From Auanema rhodensis (taxonomy: Eukaryota; Animalia; Nematoda), in contig OZ059895.1 of NCBI GenBank assembly GCA_964057225.1, positions 19,716,001-19,780,000 of the forward strand: a stretch of 64,000 nucleotides of DNA, in the 5' to 3' direction. Under the pieces are notes generated by a model. The model saw only the letters and a program-made list of their open reading frames with translations, was not told the DNA's origin and did not search any database. Both the position numbers and the translations under genes were made by a program. The number at the start of each line of letters is the position of its first letter. The stretch's first letter is position 1. Shown one piece after another: positions 24,601 to 38,200 of this stretch.

Positions 24601-27600
24601 TCCTCGATTTTCACCCTGAAGAATTAATTTTTTCGTTGAATAACAATGTCCATCGTCTTTGCCTTGAAAAAAGGAATCTAAAAACATCTACTTTTTGCTA
24701 AATTATTGTGAAATTTCTCGAAAAAATTTTTGTCAAAATGTTTTTGGAAGCAATGTTGAGTGTACATGGAAACTCAACATACACTAATGCATAATTTTTC
24801 AAACGATCATAACTAATTTTTGTATTAAGCGTTTCTCAATGTAGTATAGTGCATTCGATGCGGATTTTTAAGCTGCGTCGATCTGTGTTATCAGATTTGC
24901 GCTAGCTTAAAAATGCACCGAGATATCAAGTGATATAAGTTCACACTTATATCCTCGATTTTCACCCTGAAGAATTAATTTTTTCGTTGAATAACATTGT
25001 CCATCGTCTTTGCCTTAAAAAAATGAATCTAAAAACATCTACTTTTTGATAAATTATTTTAAAATTTTTCGAAAAAATTTTTGTCAAAATGTTTTTGGAA
25101 GCAATGTTGAGTGTACATGGAAACTCAACATACACTAATGCATCATTTTTTAAACGATCATAACTAATTTTTTTATTAAGCGTTTTTCAATGTAGTATAG
25201 TGCATTCGATGCGGATTTTTAAGCTGCGTCCATCTGTGTTATCAGATTTGCGCTAGCTTAAAAATGCACCGAGATATCAACTGATATAAGTTCACACTTA
25301 TATCCTCGATTTTCACCCTGAAGAATTAATTTTTTCGTTGAATAACATTGTCCATCGTCTTTGCCTTGAAAAAAAGGAATCTAAAAACATCTACTTTTTG
25401 ATAAATTATTTTAAAATTTTTCGAAAAAATTTTTGTCAAAATGTTTTTGGAAGCAATGTTGAGTGTACATGGAAACTCAACATACACTAATGCATCATTT
25501 TTCAAACGATCATAACTAATTTTTCTATAAAGCGTTTCTCAATGTAGTATAGTGCATTCGATGCGGATTTGTAAGCTGCGTCGATCTGTGTTATCAGATT
25601 TGCGCTAGCTTAAAAATGCACCGAGATATCAACTGATATAAGTTCACACTTATATCCTCGATTTTCACCCTGAAGAATTGATTTTTTCGTTGAATAACAT
25701 TGTCCATCGTCTTTGCCTTGAAAAAAGGAATCTAAAAACATCTACTTTTGCTAGATTATTGTGAAATTTCTCGAAAAAATTTTTGTCAAAATGTTTTTGG
25801 AAGCAATGTTGAGTGTACATGGAAACTCAACATACACTAATGCATAATTTTTCAAACGATCATAACTAATTTTTGTATTAAGCGTTTCTCAATGTAGTAT
25901 AGTGCATTCGATGCGGATTTTTAAGCTGCGTCCATCTGTGTTATCAGATTTGCGCTAGCTTAAAAATGCACCGAGATATCAACTGATATAAGTTCACACT
26001 TATATCCTCGATTTTCACCCTGAAGAATTAATTTTTTCGTTGAATAACAATGTCCATCGTCTTTGCCTTGAAAAAAGGAACCTAAAAACATCTACTTTTT
26101 GCTAAATTATTTTGAAATTTTTCGAAAAAATTTTTGTCAAAATGTTTTTGGAAGCAATGTTGAGTGTACATGGAAACTCAACATACACTAATGCATCATT
26201 TTTCAAACGATCATAACTAATTTTTCTATAAAGCGTTTCTCAATGTAGTATAGTGCATTCGATGCGGATTTTTAAGCTGCGTCGATCTGTGTTATCAGAT
26301 TTGCGCTAGCTTAAAAATGCACCGAGATATCAACTGATATAAGTTCACACTTATATCCTCGATTTTCACCCTGAAGAATTAATTTTTTCGTTGAATAACA
26401 ATGTCCATCGTCTTTGCCTTGAAAAAAGGAATCTAAAAACATCTACTTTTTGATAAATTATTTTAAAATTTTTCGAAAAAATTTTTGTCAAAATGTTTTT
26501 GGAAGCAATGTTGAGTGTACATGGAAACTCAACATACACTAATGCATCATTTTTCAAACGATCATAACTAATTTTTGTATTAAGCGTTTCTCAATGTAGT
26601 ATCGTGCATTCGATGCGGATTTTTAAGCTGCGTCGATCTGTGTTATCAGATTTGCGCTAGCTTAAAAATGCACCGAGATATCAAGTGATATAAGTTCACA
26701 CTTATATCCTCGATTTTCACCCTGAAGAATTAATTTTTTCGTTGAATAACATTGTCCATCGTCTTTGCCTTAAAAAAATGAATCTAAAAACATCTACTTT
26801 TTGATAAATTATTTTAAAATTTTTCGAAAAAATTTTTGTCAAAATGTTTTTGGAAGCAATGTTGAGTGTACATGGAAACTCAACATACACTAATGCATCA
26901 TTTTTTAAACGATCATAACTAATTTTTTTATTAAGCGTTTTTCAATGTAGTATAGTGCATTCGATGCGGATTTTTAAGCTGCGTCGATCTGTGTTATCAG
27001 ATTTGCGCTAGCTTAAAAATGCACCGAGATATCAACTGATATAAGTTCACACTTATATCCTCGATTTTCACCCTGAAGAATTAATTTTTTCGTTGAATAA
27101 CAATGTCCATCGTCTTTGCTTTGAAAAAAGGAATCTAAAAACATCTACTTTTTGATAAATTATTTCAAAATTTTTCGAAAAAATTTTTGTCAAAATGTTT
27201 TTGGAAGCAATGTTGAGTGTACATGGAAACTCAACATACACTAATGCATCATTTTTCAAACGATCATAACTAATTTTTGTATTAAGCGTTTCTCAATGTA
27301 GTATCGTGCATTCGATGCGGATTTTTAAGCTGCGTCGATCTGTGTTATCAGATTTGCGCTAGCTTAAAAATGCACCGAGATATCAAGTGATATAAGTTCA
27401 CACTTATATCCTCGATTTTCACCCTGAAGAATTAATTTTTTCGTTGAATAACAATGTCCATCGTCTTTGCCTTGAAAAAAGGAATCTAAAAACATCTACT
27501 TTTTGATAAATTATTTTAAAATTTTTCGAAAAAATTTTTGTCAAAATGTTTTTGGAAGCAATGTTGAGTGTACATGGAAACTCAACATACACTAATGCAT

Positions 27601-30600
27601 CATTTTTCAAACGATCATAACTAATTTTTGTATTAAGCGTTTCTCAATGTAGTATCGTGCATTCGATGCGGATTTTTAAGCTGCGTCGATCTGTGTTATC
27701 AGATTTGCGCTAGCTTAAAAATGCACCGAGATATCAACTGATATAAGTTCACACTTATATCCTCGATTTTCACCCTGAAGAATTAATTTTTTCGTTGAAT
27801 AACAATGTCCATCGTCTTTGCCTTGAAAAAAGGAACCTAAAAACATCTACTTTTTGCTAAATTATTCTGAAATTTTTCGAAAAAATTTTTGTCAAAATGT
27901 TTTTGGAAGCAATGTTGAGTGTACATGGAAACTCAACATACACTAATGCATCATTTTTCAAACGATCATAACTAATTTTTGTATTAAGCGTTTCTCAATG
28001 TAGTATCGTGCATTCGATGCGGATTTTTAAGCTGCGTCGATCTGTGTTATCAGATTTGCGCTAGCTTAAAAATGCACCGAGATATCAAGTGATATAAGTT
28101 CACACTTATATCCTCGATTTTCACCCTGAAGAATTAATTTTTTCGTTGAATAACATTGTCCATCGTCTTTGCCTTAAAAAAATGAATCTAAAAACATCTA
28201 CTTTTTGATAAATTATTTTAAAATTTTTCGAAAAAATTTTTGTCAAAATGTTTTTGGAAGCAATGTTGAGTGTACATGGAAACTCAACATACACTAATGC
28301 ATCATTTTTTAAACGATCATAACTAATTTTTTTATTAAGCGTTTTTCAATGTAGTATAGTGCATTCGATGCGGATTTTTAAGCTGCGTCGATCTGTGTTA
28401 TCAGATTTGCGCTAGCTTAAAAATGCACCGAGATATCAACTGATATAAGTTCACACTTATATCCTCGATTTTCACCCTGAAGAATTAATTTTTTCGTTGA
28501 ATAACAATGTCCATCGTCTTTGCCTTGAAAAAAGGAATCTAAAAACATCTACTTTTTGCTAAATTATTCTGAAATTTTTCGAAAAAATTTTTGTCAAAAT
28601 GTTTTTGGAAGCAATGTTGAGTGTACATGGAAACTCAACATACACTAATGCATCATTTTTCAAACGATCATAACTAATTTTTGTATTAAGCGTTTCTCAA
28701 TGTAGTATAGTGCATTCGATGCGGATTTTTAAGCTGCGTCGATCTGTGTTATCAGATTTGCGCTAGCTTAAAAATGCACCGAGATATCAAGTGATATAAG
28801 TTCACACTTATATCCTCGATTTTCACCCTGAAGAATTAATTTTTTCGTTGAATAACATTGTCCATCGTCTTTGCCTTAAAAAAATGAATCTAAAAACATC
28901 TACTTTTTGATAAATTATTTTAAAATTTTTCGAAAAAATTTTTGTCAAAATGTTTTTGGAAGCAATGTTGAGTGTACATGGAAACTCAACATACACTAAT
29001 GCATCATTTTTTAAACGATCATAACTAATTTTTTTATTAAGCGTTTTTCAATGTAGTATAGTGCATTCGATGCGGATTTTTAAGCTGCGTCGATCTGTGT
29101 TATCAGATTTGCGCTAGCTTAAAAATGCACCGAGATATCAACTGATATAAGTTCACACTTATATCCTCGATTTTCACCCTGAAGAATTAATTTTTTCGTT
29201 GAATAACAATGTCCATCGTCTTTGCCTTGAAAAAAGGAATCTAAAAACATCTACTTTTTGCTAAATTATTCTGAAATTTTTCGAAAAAATTTTTGTCAAA
29301 ATGTTTTTGGAAGCAATGTTGAGTGTACATGGAAACTCAACATACACTAATGCATCATTTTTCAAACGATCATAACTAATTTTTGTATTAAGCGTTTCTC
29401 AATGTAGTATAGTGCATTCGATGCGAATTTTTAAGCTGCGTCGATCTGTGTTATCAGATTTGCGCTAGCTTAAAAATGCACCGAGATATCAACTGATATA
29501 AGTTCACACTTATATCCTCGATTTTCACCCTGAAGAATTAATTTTTTCGTTGAATAACAATGTCCATCGTCTTTGCCTTGAAAAAAGGAATCTAAAAACA
29601 TCTACTTTTTGCTAAATTATTCTGAAATTTTTCGAAAAAATTTTTGTCAAAATGTTTTTGGAAGCAATGTTGAGTGTACATGGAAACTCAACATACACTA
29701 ATGCATCATTTTTCAAACGATCATAACTAATTTTTGTATTAAGCGTTTCTCAATGTAGTATAGTGCATTCGATGCGGATTTTTAAGCTGCGTCGATCTGT
29801 GTTATCAGATTTGCGCTAGCTTAAAAATGCACCGAGATATCAACTGATATAAGTTCACACTTATATCCTCGATTTTCACCCTGAAGAATTAATTTTTTCG
29901 TTGAATAACAATGTCCATCGTCTTTGCCTTGAAAAAAGGAATCTAAAAACATCTACTTTTTGCTAAATTATTCTGAAATTTTTCGAAAAAATTTTTGTCA
30001 AAATGTTTTTGGAAGCAATGTTGAGTGTACATGGAAACTCAACATACACTAATGCATCATTTTTCAAACGATCATAACTAATTTTTGTATTGAACGTTTC
30101 TCAATGTAGTATAGTGCATTCGATGCGGATTTTTAAGCTGCGTCGATCTGTGTTATCAGATTTGCGCTAGCTTAAAAATGCACCGAGATATCAACTGATA
30201 TAAGTTCACACTTATATCCTCGATTTTCACCCTGAAGAATTAATTTTTTCGTTGAATAACAATGTCCATCGTCTTTGCCTTGAAAAAAGGAACCTAAAAA
30301 CATCTACTTTTTGCTAAATTATTCTGAAATTTTTCGAAAAAATTTTTGTCAAAATGTTTTTGGAAGCAATGTTGAGTGTACATGGAAACTCAACATACAC
30401 TAATGCATCATTTTTCAAACGATCATAACTAATTTTTGTATTAAGCGTTTCTCAATGTAGTATCGTGCATTCGATGCGGATTTTTAAGCTGCGTCGATCT
30501 GTGTTATCAGATTTGCGCTAGCTTAAAAATGCACCGAGATATCAAGTGATATAAGTTCACACTTATATCCTCGATTTTCACCCTGAAGAATTAATTTTTT

Positions 30601-32282
30601 CGTTGAATAACATTGTCCATCGTCTTTGCCTTAAAAAAATGAATCTAAAAACATCTACTTTTTGATAAATTATTTTAAAATTTTTCGAAAAAATTTTTGT
30701 CAAAATGTTTTTGGAAGCAATGTTGAGTGTACATGGAAACTCAACATACACTAATGCATCATTTTTTAAACGATCATAACTAATTTTTTTATTAAGCGTT
30801 TTTCAATGTAGTATAGTGCATTCGATGCGGATTTTTAAGCTGCGTCGATCTGTGTTATCAGATTTGCGCTAGCTTAAAAATGCACCGAGATATCAACTGA
30901 TATAAGTTCACACTTATATCCTCGATTTTCACCCTGAAGAATTAATTTTTTCGTTGAATAACAATGTCCATCGTCTTTGCCTTGAAAAAAGGAATCTAAA
31001 AACATCTACTTTTTGCTAAATTATTCTGAAATTTTTCGAAAAAATTTTTGTCAAAATGTTTTTGGAAGCAATGTTGAGTGTACATGGAAACTCAACATAC
31101 ACTAATGCATCATTTTTCAAACGATCATAACTAATTTTTGTATTAAGCGTTTCTCAATGTAGTATAGTGCATTCGATGCGGATTTTTAAGCTGCGTCGAT
31201 CTGTGTTATCAGATTTGCGCTAGCTTAAAAATGCACCGAGATATCAAGTGATATAAGTTCACACTTATATCCTCGATTTTCACCCTGAAGAATTAATTTT
31301 TTCGTTGAATAACATTGTCCATCGTCTTTGCCTTAAAAAAATGAATCTAAAAACATCTACTTTTTGATAAATTATTTTAAAATTTTTCGAAAAAATTTTT
31401 GTCAAAATGTTTTTGGAAGCAATGTTGAGTGTACATGGAAACTCAACATACACTAATGCATCATTTTTTAAACGATCATAACTAATTTTTTTATTAAGCG
31501 TTTTTCAATATAGTATAGTGCATTCGATGCGGATTTTTAAGCTGCGTCGATCTGTGTTATCAGATTTGCGCTAGCTTAAAAATGCACCGAGATATCAACT
31601 GATATAAGTTCACACTTATATCCTCGATTTTCACCCTGAAGAATTAATTTTTTCGTTGAATAACAATGTCCATCGTCTTTGCCTTGAAAAAAGGAATCTA
31701 AAAACATCTACTTTTTGCTAAATTATTCTGAAATTTTTCGAAAAAATTTTTGTCAAAATGTTTTTGGAAGCAATGTTGAGTGTACATGGAAACTCAACAT
31801 ACACTAATGCATCATTTTTCAAACGATCATAACTAATTTTTGTATTAAGCGTTTCTCAATGTAGTATAGTGCATTCGATGCGAATTTTTAAGCTGCGTCG
31901 ATCTGTGTTATCAGATTTGCGCTAGCTTAAAAATGCACCGAGATATCAACTGATATAAGTTCACACTTATATCCTCGATTTTCACCCTGAAGAATTAATT
32001 TTTTCGTTGAATAACAATGTCCATCGTCTTTGCCTTGAAAAAAGGAATCTAAAAACATCTACTTTTTGCTAAATTATTCTGAAATTTTTCGAAAAAATTT
32101 TTGTCAAAATGTTTTTGGAAGCAATGTTGAGTGTACATGGAAACTCAACATACACTAATGCATCATTTTTTAAACGATCATAACTAATTTTTTTATTAAG
32201 CGTTTTTCAATGTAGTATAGTGCATTCGATGCGGATTTTTAAGCTGCGTCGATCTGTGTTATCAGATTTGCGCTAGCTTAAA
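12629..32282. repeat. Satellite domain 2: CAAGTGAT/AAATGAATC monomers with 6-, 8- and 7-mer duplications, grading into the core type
   Basis: The CAAGTG and AATGAATC markers occur from unit 12980 to unit 31230 only. GTCCATCTG and ATTATTGTG are also typical here. The core-type ATTATTCTG monomer first appears at unit 17543 and becomes more frequent rightwards. Confidence 0.8.
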
Positions 32283-35200
32283 AATGCACCGAGATATCAA
32301 CTGATATAAGTTCACACTTATATCCTCGATTTTCACCCTGAAGAATTAATTTTTTCGTTGAATAACAATGTCCATCGTCTTTGCCTTGAAAAAAGGAATC
32401 TAAAAACATCTACTTTTTGCTAAATTATTCTGAAATTTTTCGAAAAAATTTTTGTCAAAATGTTTTTGGAAGCAATGTTGAGTGTACATGGAAACTCAAC
32501 ATACACTAATGCATCATTTTTCAAACGATCATAACTAATTTTTGTATTAAGCGTTTCTCAATGTAGTATAGTGCATTCGATGCGAATTTTTAAGCTGCGT
32601 CGATCTGTGTTATCAGATTTGCGCTAGCTTAAAAATGCACCGAGATATCAACTGATATAAGTTCACACTTATATCCTCGATTTTCACCCTGAAGAATTAA
32701 TTTTTTCGTTGAATAACAATGTCCATCGTCTTTGCCTTGAAAAAAGGAATCTAAAAACATCTACTTTTTGCTAAATTATTCTGAAATTTTTCGAAAAAAT
32801 TTTTGTCAAAATGTTTTTGGAAGCAATGTTGAGTGTACATGGAAACTCAACATACACTAATGCATCATTTTTCAAACGATCATAACTAATTTTTGTATTA
32901 AGCGTTTCTCAATGTAGTATAGTGCATTCGATGCGGATTTTTAAGCTGCGTCGATCTGTGTTATCAGATTTGCGCTAGCTTAAAAATGCACCGAGATATC
33001 AACTGATATAAGTTCACACTTATATCCTCGATTTTCACCCTGAAGAATTAATTTTTTCGTTGAATAACAATGTCCATCGTCTTTGCCTTGAAAAAAGGAA
33101 TCTAAAAACATCTACTTTTTGCTAAATTATTCTGAAATTTTTCGAAAAAATTTTTGTCAAAATGTTTTTGGAAGCAATGTTGAGTGTACATGGAAACTCA
33201 ACATACACTAATGCATCATTTTTCAAACGATCATAACTAATTTTTGTATTAAGCGTTTCTCAATGTAGTATAGTGCATTCGATGCGGATTTTTAAGCTGC
33301 GTCGATCTGTGTTATCAGATTTGCGCTAGCTTAAAAATGCACCGAGATATCAACTGATATAAGTTCACACTTATATCCTCGATTTTCACCCTGAAGAATT
33401 AATTTTTTCGTTGAATAACAATGTCCATCGTCTTTGCCTTGAAAAAAGGAATCTAAAAACATCTACTTTTTGCTAAATTATTCTGAAATTTTTCGAAAAA
33501 ATTTTTGTCAAAATGTTTTTGGAAGCAATGTTGAGTGTACATGGAAACTCAACATACACTAATGCATCATTTTTCAAACGATCATAACTAATTTTTGTAT
33601 TAAGCGTTTCTCAATGTAGTATAGTGCATTCGATGCGAATTTTTAAGCTGCGTCGATCTGTGTTATCAGATTTGCGCTAGCTTAAAAATGCACCGAGATA
33701 TCAACTGATATAAGTTCACACTTATATCCTCGATTTTCACCCTGAAGAATTAATTTTTTCGTTGAATAACAATGTCCATCGTCTTTGCCTTGAAAAAAGG
33801 AATCTAAAAACATCTACTTTTTGCTAAATTATTCTGAAATTTTTCGAAAAAATTTTTGTCAAAATGTTTTTGGAAGCAATGTTGAGTGTACATGGAAACT
33901 CAACATACACTAATGCATCATTTTTCAAACGATCATAACTAATTTTTGTATTAAGCGTTTCTCAATGTAGTATAGTGCATTCGATGCGAATTTTTAAGCT
34001 GCGTCGATCTGTGTTATCAGATTTGCGCTAGCTTAAAAATGCACCGAGATATCAACTGATATAAGTTCACACTTATATCCTCGATTTTCACCCTGAAGAA
34101 TTAATTTTTTCGTTGAATAACAATGTCCATCGTCTTTGCCTTGAAAAAAGGAATCTAAAAACATCTACTTTTTGCTAAATTATTCTGAAATTTTTCGAAA
34201 AAATTTTTGTCAAAATGTTTTTGGAAGCAATGTTGAGTGTACATGGAAACTCAACATACACTCATGCATCATTTTTCAAACGATCATAACTAATTTTTGT
34301 ATTAAGCGTTTCTCAATGTAGTATAGTGCATTCGATGCGGATTTTTAAGCTGCGTCGATCTGTGTTATCAGATTTGCGCTAGCTTAAAAATGCACCGAGA
34401 TATCAACTGATATAAGTTCACACTTATATCCTCAATTTTCACCCTGAAGAATTAATTTTTGCGTTGAATAACAATGTCCATCGTCTTTGCCTTGAAAAAA
34501 GGAATCTAAAAACATCTACTTTTTGCTAAATTATTCTGAAATTTTTCGAAAAAATTTTTGTCGAAATGTTTTTGGAAGCAATGTTGAGTGTACATGGAAA
34601 CTCAACATACACTAATGCATCATTTTTCAAACGATCATAACTAATTTTTCTATAAAGCGTTTCTCAATGTAGTATAGTGCATTCGATGCGGATTTTTAAG
34701 CTGCGTCGATCTGTGTTATCAGATTTGCGCTAGCTTAAAAATGCACCGAGATATCAACTGATATAAGTTCACACTTATATCCTCGATTTTCACCCTGAAG
34801 AATTAATTTTTTCGTTGAATAACAATGTCCATCGTCTTTGCCTTGAAAAAAGGAATCTAAAAACATCTACTTTTTGCTAAATTATTCTGAAATTTTTCGA
34901 AAAAATTTTTGTCAAAATGTTTTTGGAAGCAATGTTGAGTGTACATGGAAACTCAACATACACTAATGCATCATTTTTCAAACGATCATAACTAATTTTT
35001 GTATTAAGCGTTTCTCAATGTAGTATAGTGCATTCGATGCGAATTTTTAAGCTGCGTCGATCTGTGTTATCAGATTTGCGCTAGCTTAAAAATGCACCGA
35101 GATATCAACTGATATAAGTTCACACTTATATCCTCGATTTTCACCCTGAAGAATTAATTTTTTCGTTGAATAACAATGTCCATCGTCTTTGCCTTGAAAA

Positions 35201-38200
35201 AAGGAATCTAAAAACATCTACTTTTTGCTAAATTATTCTGAAATTTTTCGAAAAAATTTTTGTCAAAATGTTTTTGGAAGCAATGTTGAGTGTACATGGA
35301 AACTCAACATACACTAATGCATCATTTTTCAAACGATCATAACTAATTTTTGTATTAAGCGTTTCTCAATGTAGTATAGTGCATTCGATGCGAATTTTTA
35401 AGCTGCGTCGATCTGTGTTATCAGATTTGCGCTAGCTTAAAAATGCACCGAGATATCAACTGATATAAGTTCACACTTATATCCTCGATTTTCACCCTGA
35501 AGAATTAATTTTTTCGTTGAATAACAATGTCCATCGTCTTTGCCTTGAAAAAAGGAATCTAAAAACATCTACTTTTTGCTAAATTATTCTGAAATTTTTC
35601 GAAAAAATTTTTGTCAAAATGTTTTTGGAAGCAATGTTGAGTGTACATGGAAACTCAACATACACTCATGCATCATTTTTCAAACGATCATAACTAATTT
35701 TTGTATTAAGCGTTTCTCAATGTAGTATAGTGCATTCGATGCGGATTTTTAAGCTGCGTCGATCTGTGTTATCAGATTTGCGCTAGCTTAAAAATGCACC
35801 GAGATATCAACTGATATAAGTTCACACTTATATCCTCAATTTTCACCCTGAAGAATTAATTTTTGCGTTGAATAACAATGTCCATCGTCTTTGCCTTGAA
35901 AAAAGGAATCTAAAAACATCTACTTTTTGCTAAATTATTCTGAAATTTTTCGAAAAAATTTTTGTCGAAATGTTTTTGGAAGCAATGTTGAGTGTACATG
36001 GAAACTCAACATACACTAATGCATCATTTTTCAAACGATCATAACTAATTTTTCTATAAAGCGTTTCTCAATGTAGTATAGTGCATTCGATGCGGATTTT
36101 TAAGCTGCGTCGATCTGTGTTATCAGATTTGCGCTAGCTTAAAAATGCACCGAGATATCAACTGATATAAGTTCACACTTATATCCTCGATTTTCACCCT
36201 GAAGAATTAATTTTTTCGTTGAATAACAATGTCCATCGTCTTTGCCTTGAAAAAAGGAATCTAAAAACATCTACTTTTTGCTAAATTATTCTGAAATTTT
36301 TCGAAAAAATTTTTGTCAAAATGTTTTTGGAAGCAATGTTGAGTGTACATGGAAACTCAACATACACTAATGCATCATTTTTCAAACGATCATAACTAAT
36401 TTTTGTATTAAGCGTTTCTCAATGTAGTATAGTGCATTCGATGCGAATTTTTAAGCTGCGTCGATCTGTGTTATCAGATTTGCGCTAGCTTAAAAATGCA
36501 CCGAGATATCAACTGATATAAGTTCACACTTATATCCTCGATTTTCACCCTGAAGAATTAATTTTTTCGTTGAATAACAATGTCCATCGTCTTTGCCTTG
36601 AAAAAAGGAATCTAAAAACATCTACTTTTTGCTAAATTATTCTGAAATTTTTCGAAAAAATTTTTGTCAAAATGTTTTTGGAAGCAATGTTGAGTGTACA
36701 TGGAAACTCAACATACACTAATGCATCATTTTTCAAACGATCATAACTAATTTTTGTATTAAGCGTTTCTCAATGTAGTATAGTGCATTCGATGCGGATT
36801 TTTAAGCTGCGTCGATCTGTGTTATCAGATTTGCGCTAGCTTAAAAATGCACCGAGATATCAACTGATATAAGTTCACACTTATATCCTCGATTTTCACC
36901 CTGAAGAATTAATTTTTTCGTTGAATAACAATGTCCATCGTCTTTGCCTTGAAAAAAGGAATCTAAAAACATCTACTTTTTGCTAAATTATTCTGAAATT
37001 TTTCGAAAAAATTTTTGTCAAAATGTTTTTGGAAGCAATGTTGAGTGTACATGGAAACTCAACATACACTAATGCATCATTTTTCAAACGATCATAACTA
37101 ATTTTTGTATTAAGCGTTTCTCAATGTAGTATAGTGCATTCGATGCGAATTTTTAAGCTGCGTCGATCTGTGTTATCAGATTTGCGCTAGCTTAAAAATG
37201 CACCGAGATATCAACTGATATAAGTTCACACTTATATCCTCGATTTTCACCCTGAAGAATTAATTTTTTCGTTGAATAACAATGTCCATCGTCTTTGCCT
37301 TGAAAAAAGGAATCTAAAAACATCTACTTTTTGCTAAATTATTCTGAAATTTTTCGAAAAAATTTTTGTCAAAATGTTTTTGGAAGCAATGTTGAGTGTA
37401 CATGGAAACTCAACATACACTAATGCATCATTTTTCAAACGATCATAACTAATTTTTGTATTAAGCGTTTTTCAATGTAGTATAGTGCATTCGATGCGGA
37501 TTTTTAAGCTGCGTCGATCTGTGTTATCAGATTTGCGCTAGCTTAAAAATGCACCGAGATATCAACTGATATAAGTTCACACTTATATCCTCGATTTTCA
37601 CCCTGAAGAATTAATTTTTTCGTTGAATAACAATGTCCATCGTCTTTGCCTTGAAAAAAGGAATCTAAAAACATCTACTTTTTGCTAAATTATTCTGAAA
37701 TTTTTCGAAAAAATTTTTGTCAAAATGTTTTTGGAAGCAATGTTGAGTGTACATGGAAACTCAACATACACTAATGCATCATTTTTCAAACGATCATAAC
37801 TAATTTTTGTATTAAGCGTTTCTCAATGTAGTATAGTGCATTCGATGCGAATTTTTAAGCTGCGTCGATCTGTGTTATCAGATTTGCGCTAGCTTAAAAA
37901 TGCACCGAGATATCAACTGATATAAGTTCACACTTATATCCTCGATTTTCACCCTGAAGAATTAATTTTTTCGTTGAATAACAATGTCCATCGTCTTTGC
38001 CTTGAAAAAAGGAATCTAAAAACATCTACTTTTTGCTAAATTATTCTGAAATTTTTCGAAAAAATTTTTGTCAAAATGTTTTTGGAAGCAATGTTGAGTG
38101 TACATGGAAACTCAACATACACTAATGCATCATTTTTCAAACGATCATAACTAATTTTTGTATTAAGCGTTTCTCAATGTAGTATAGTGCATTCGATGCG

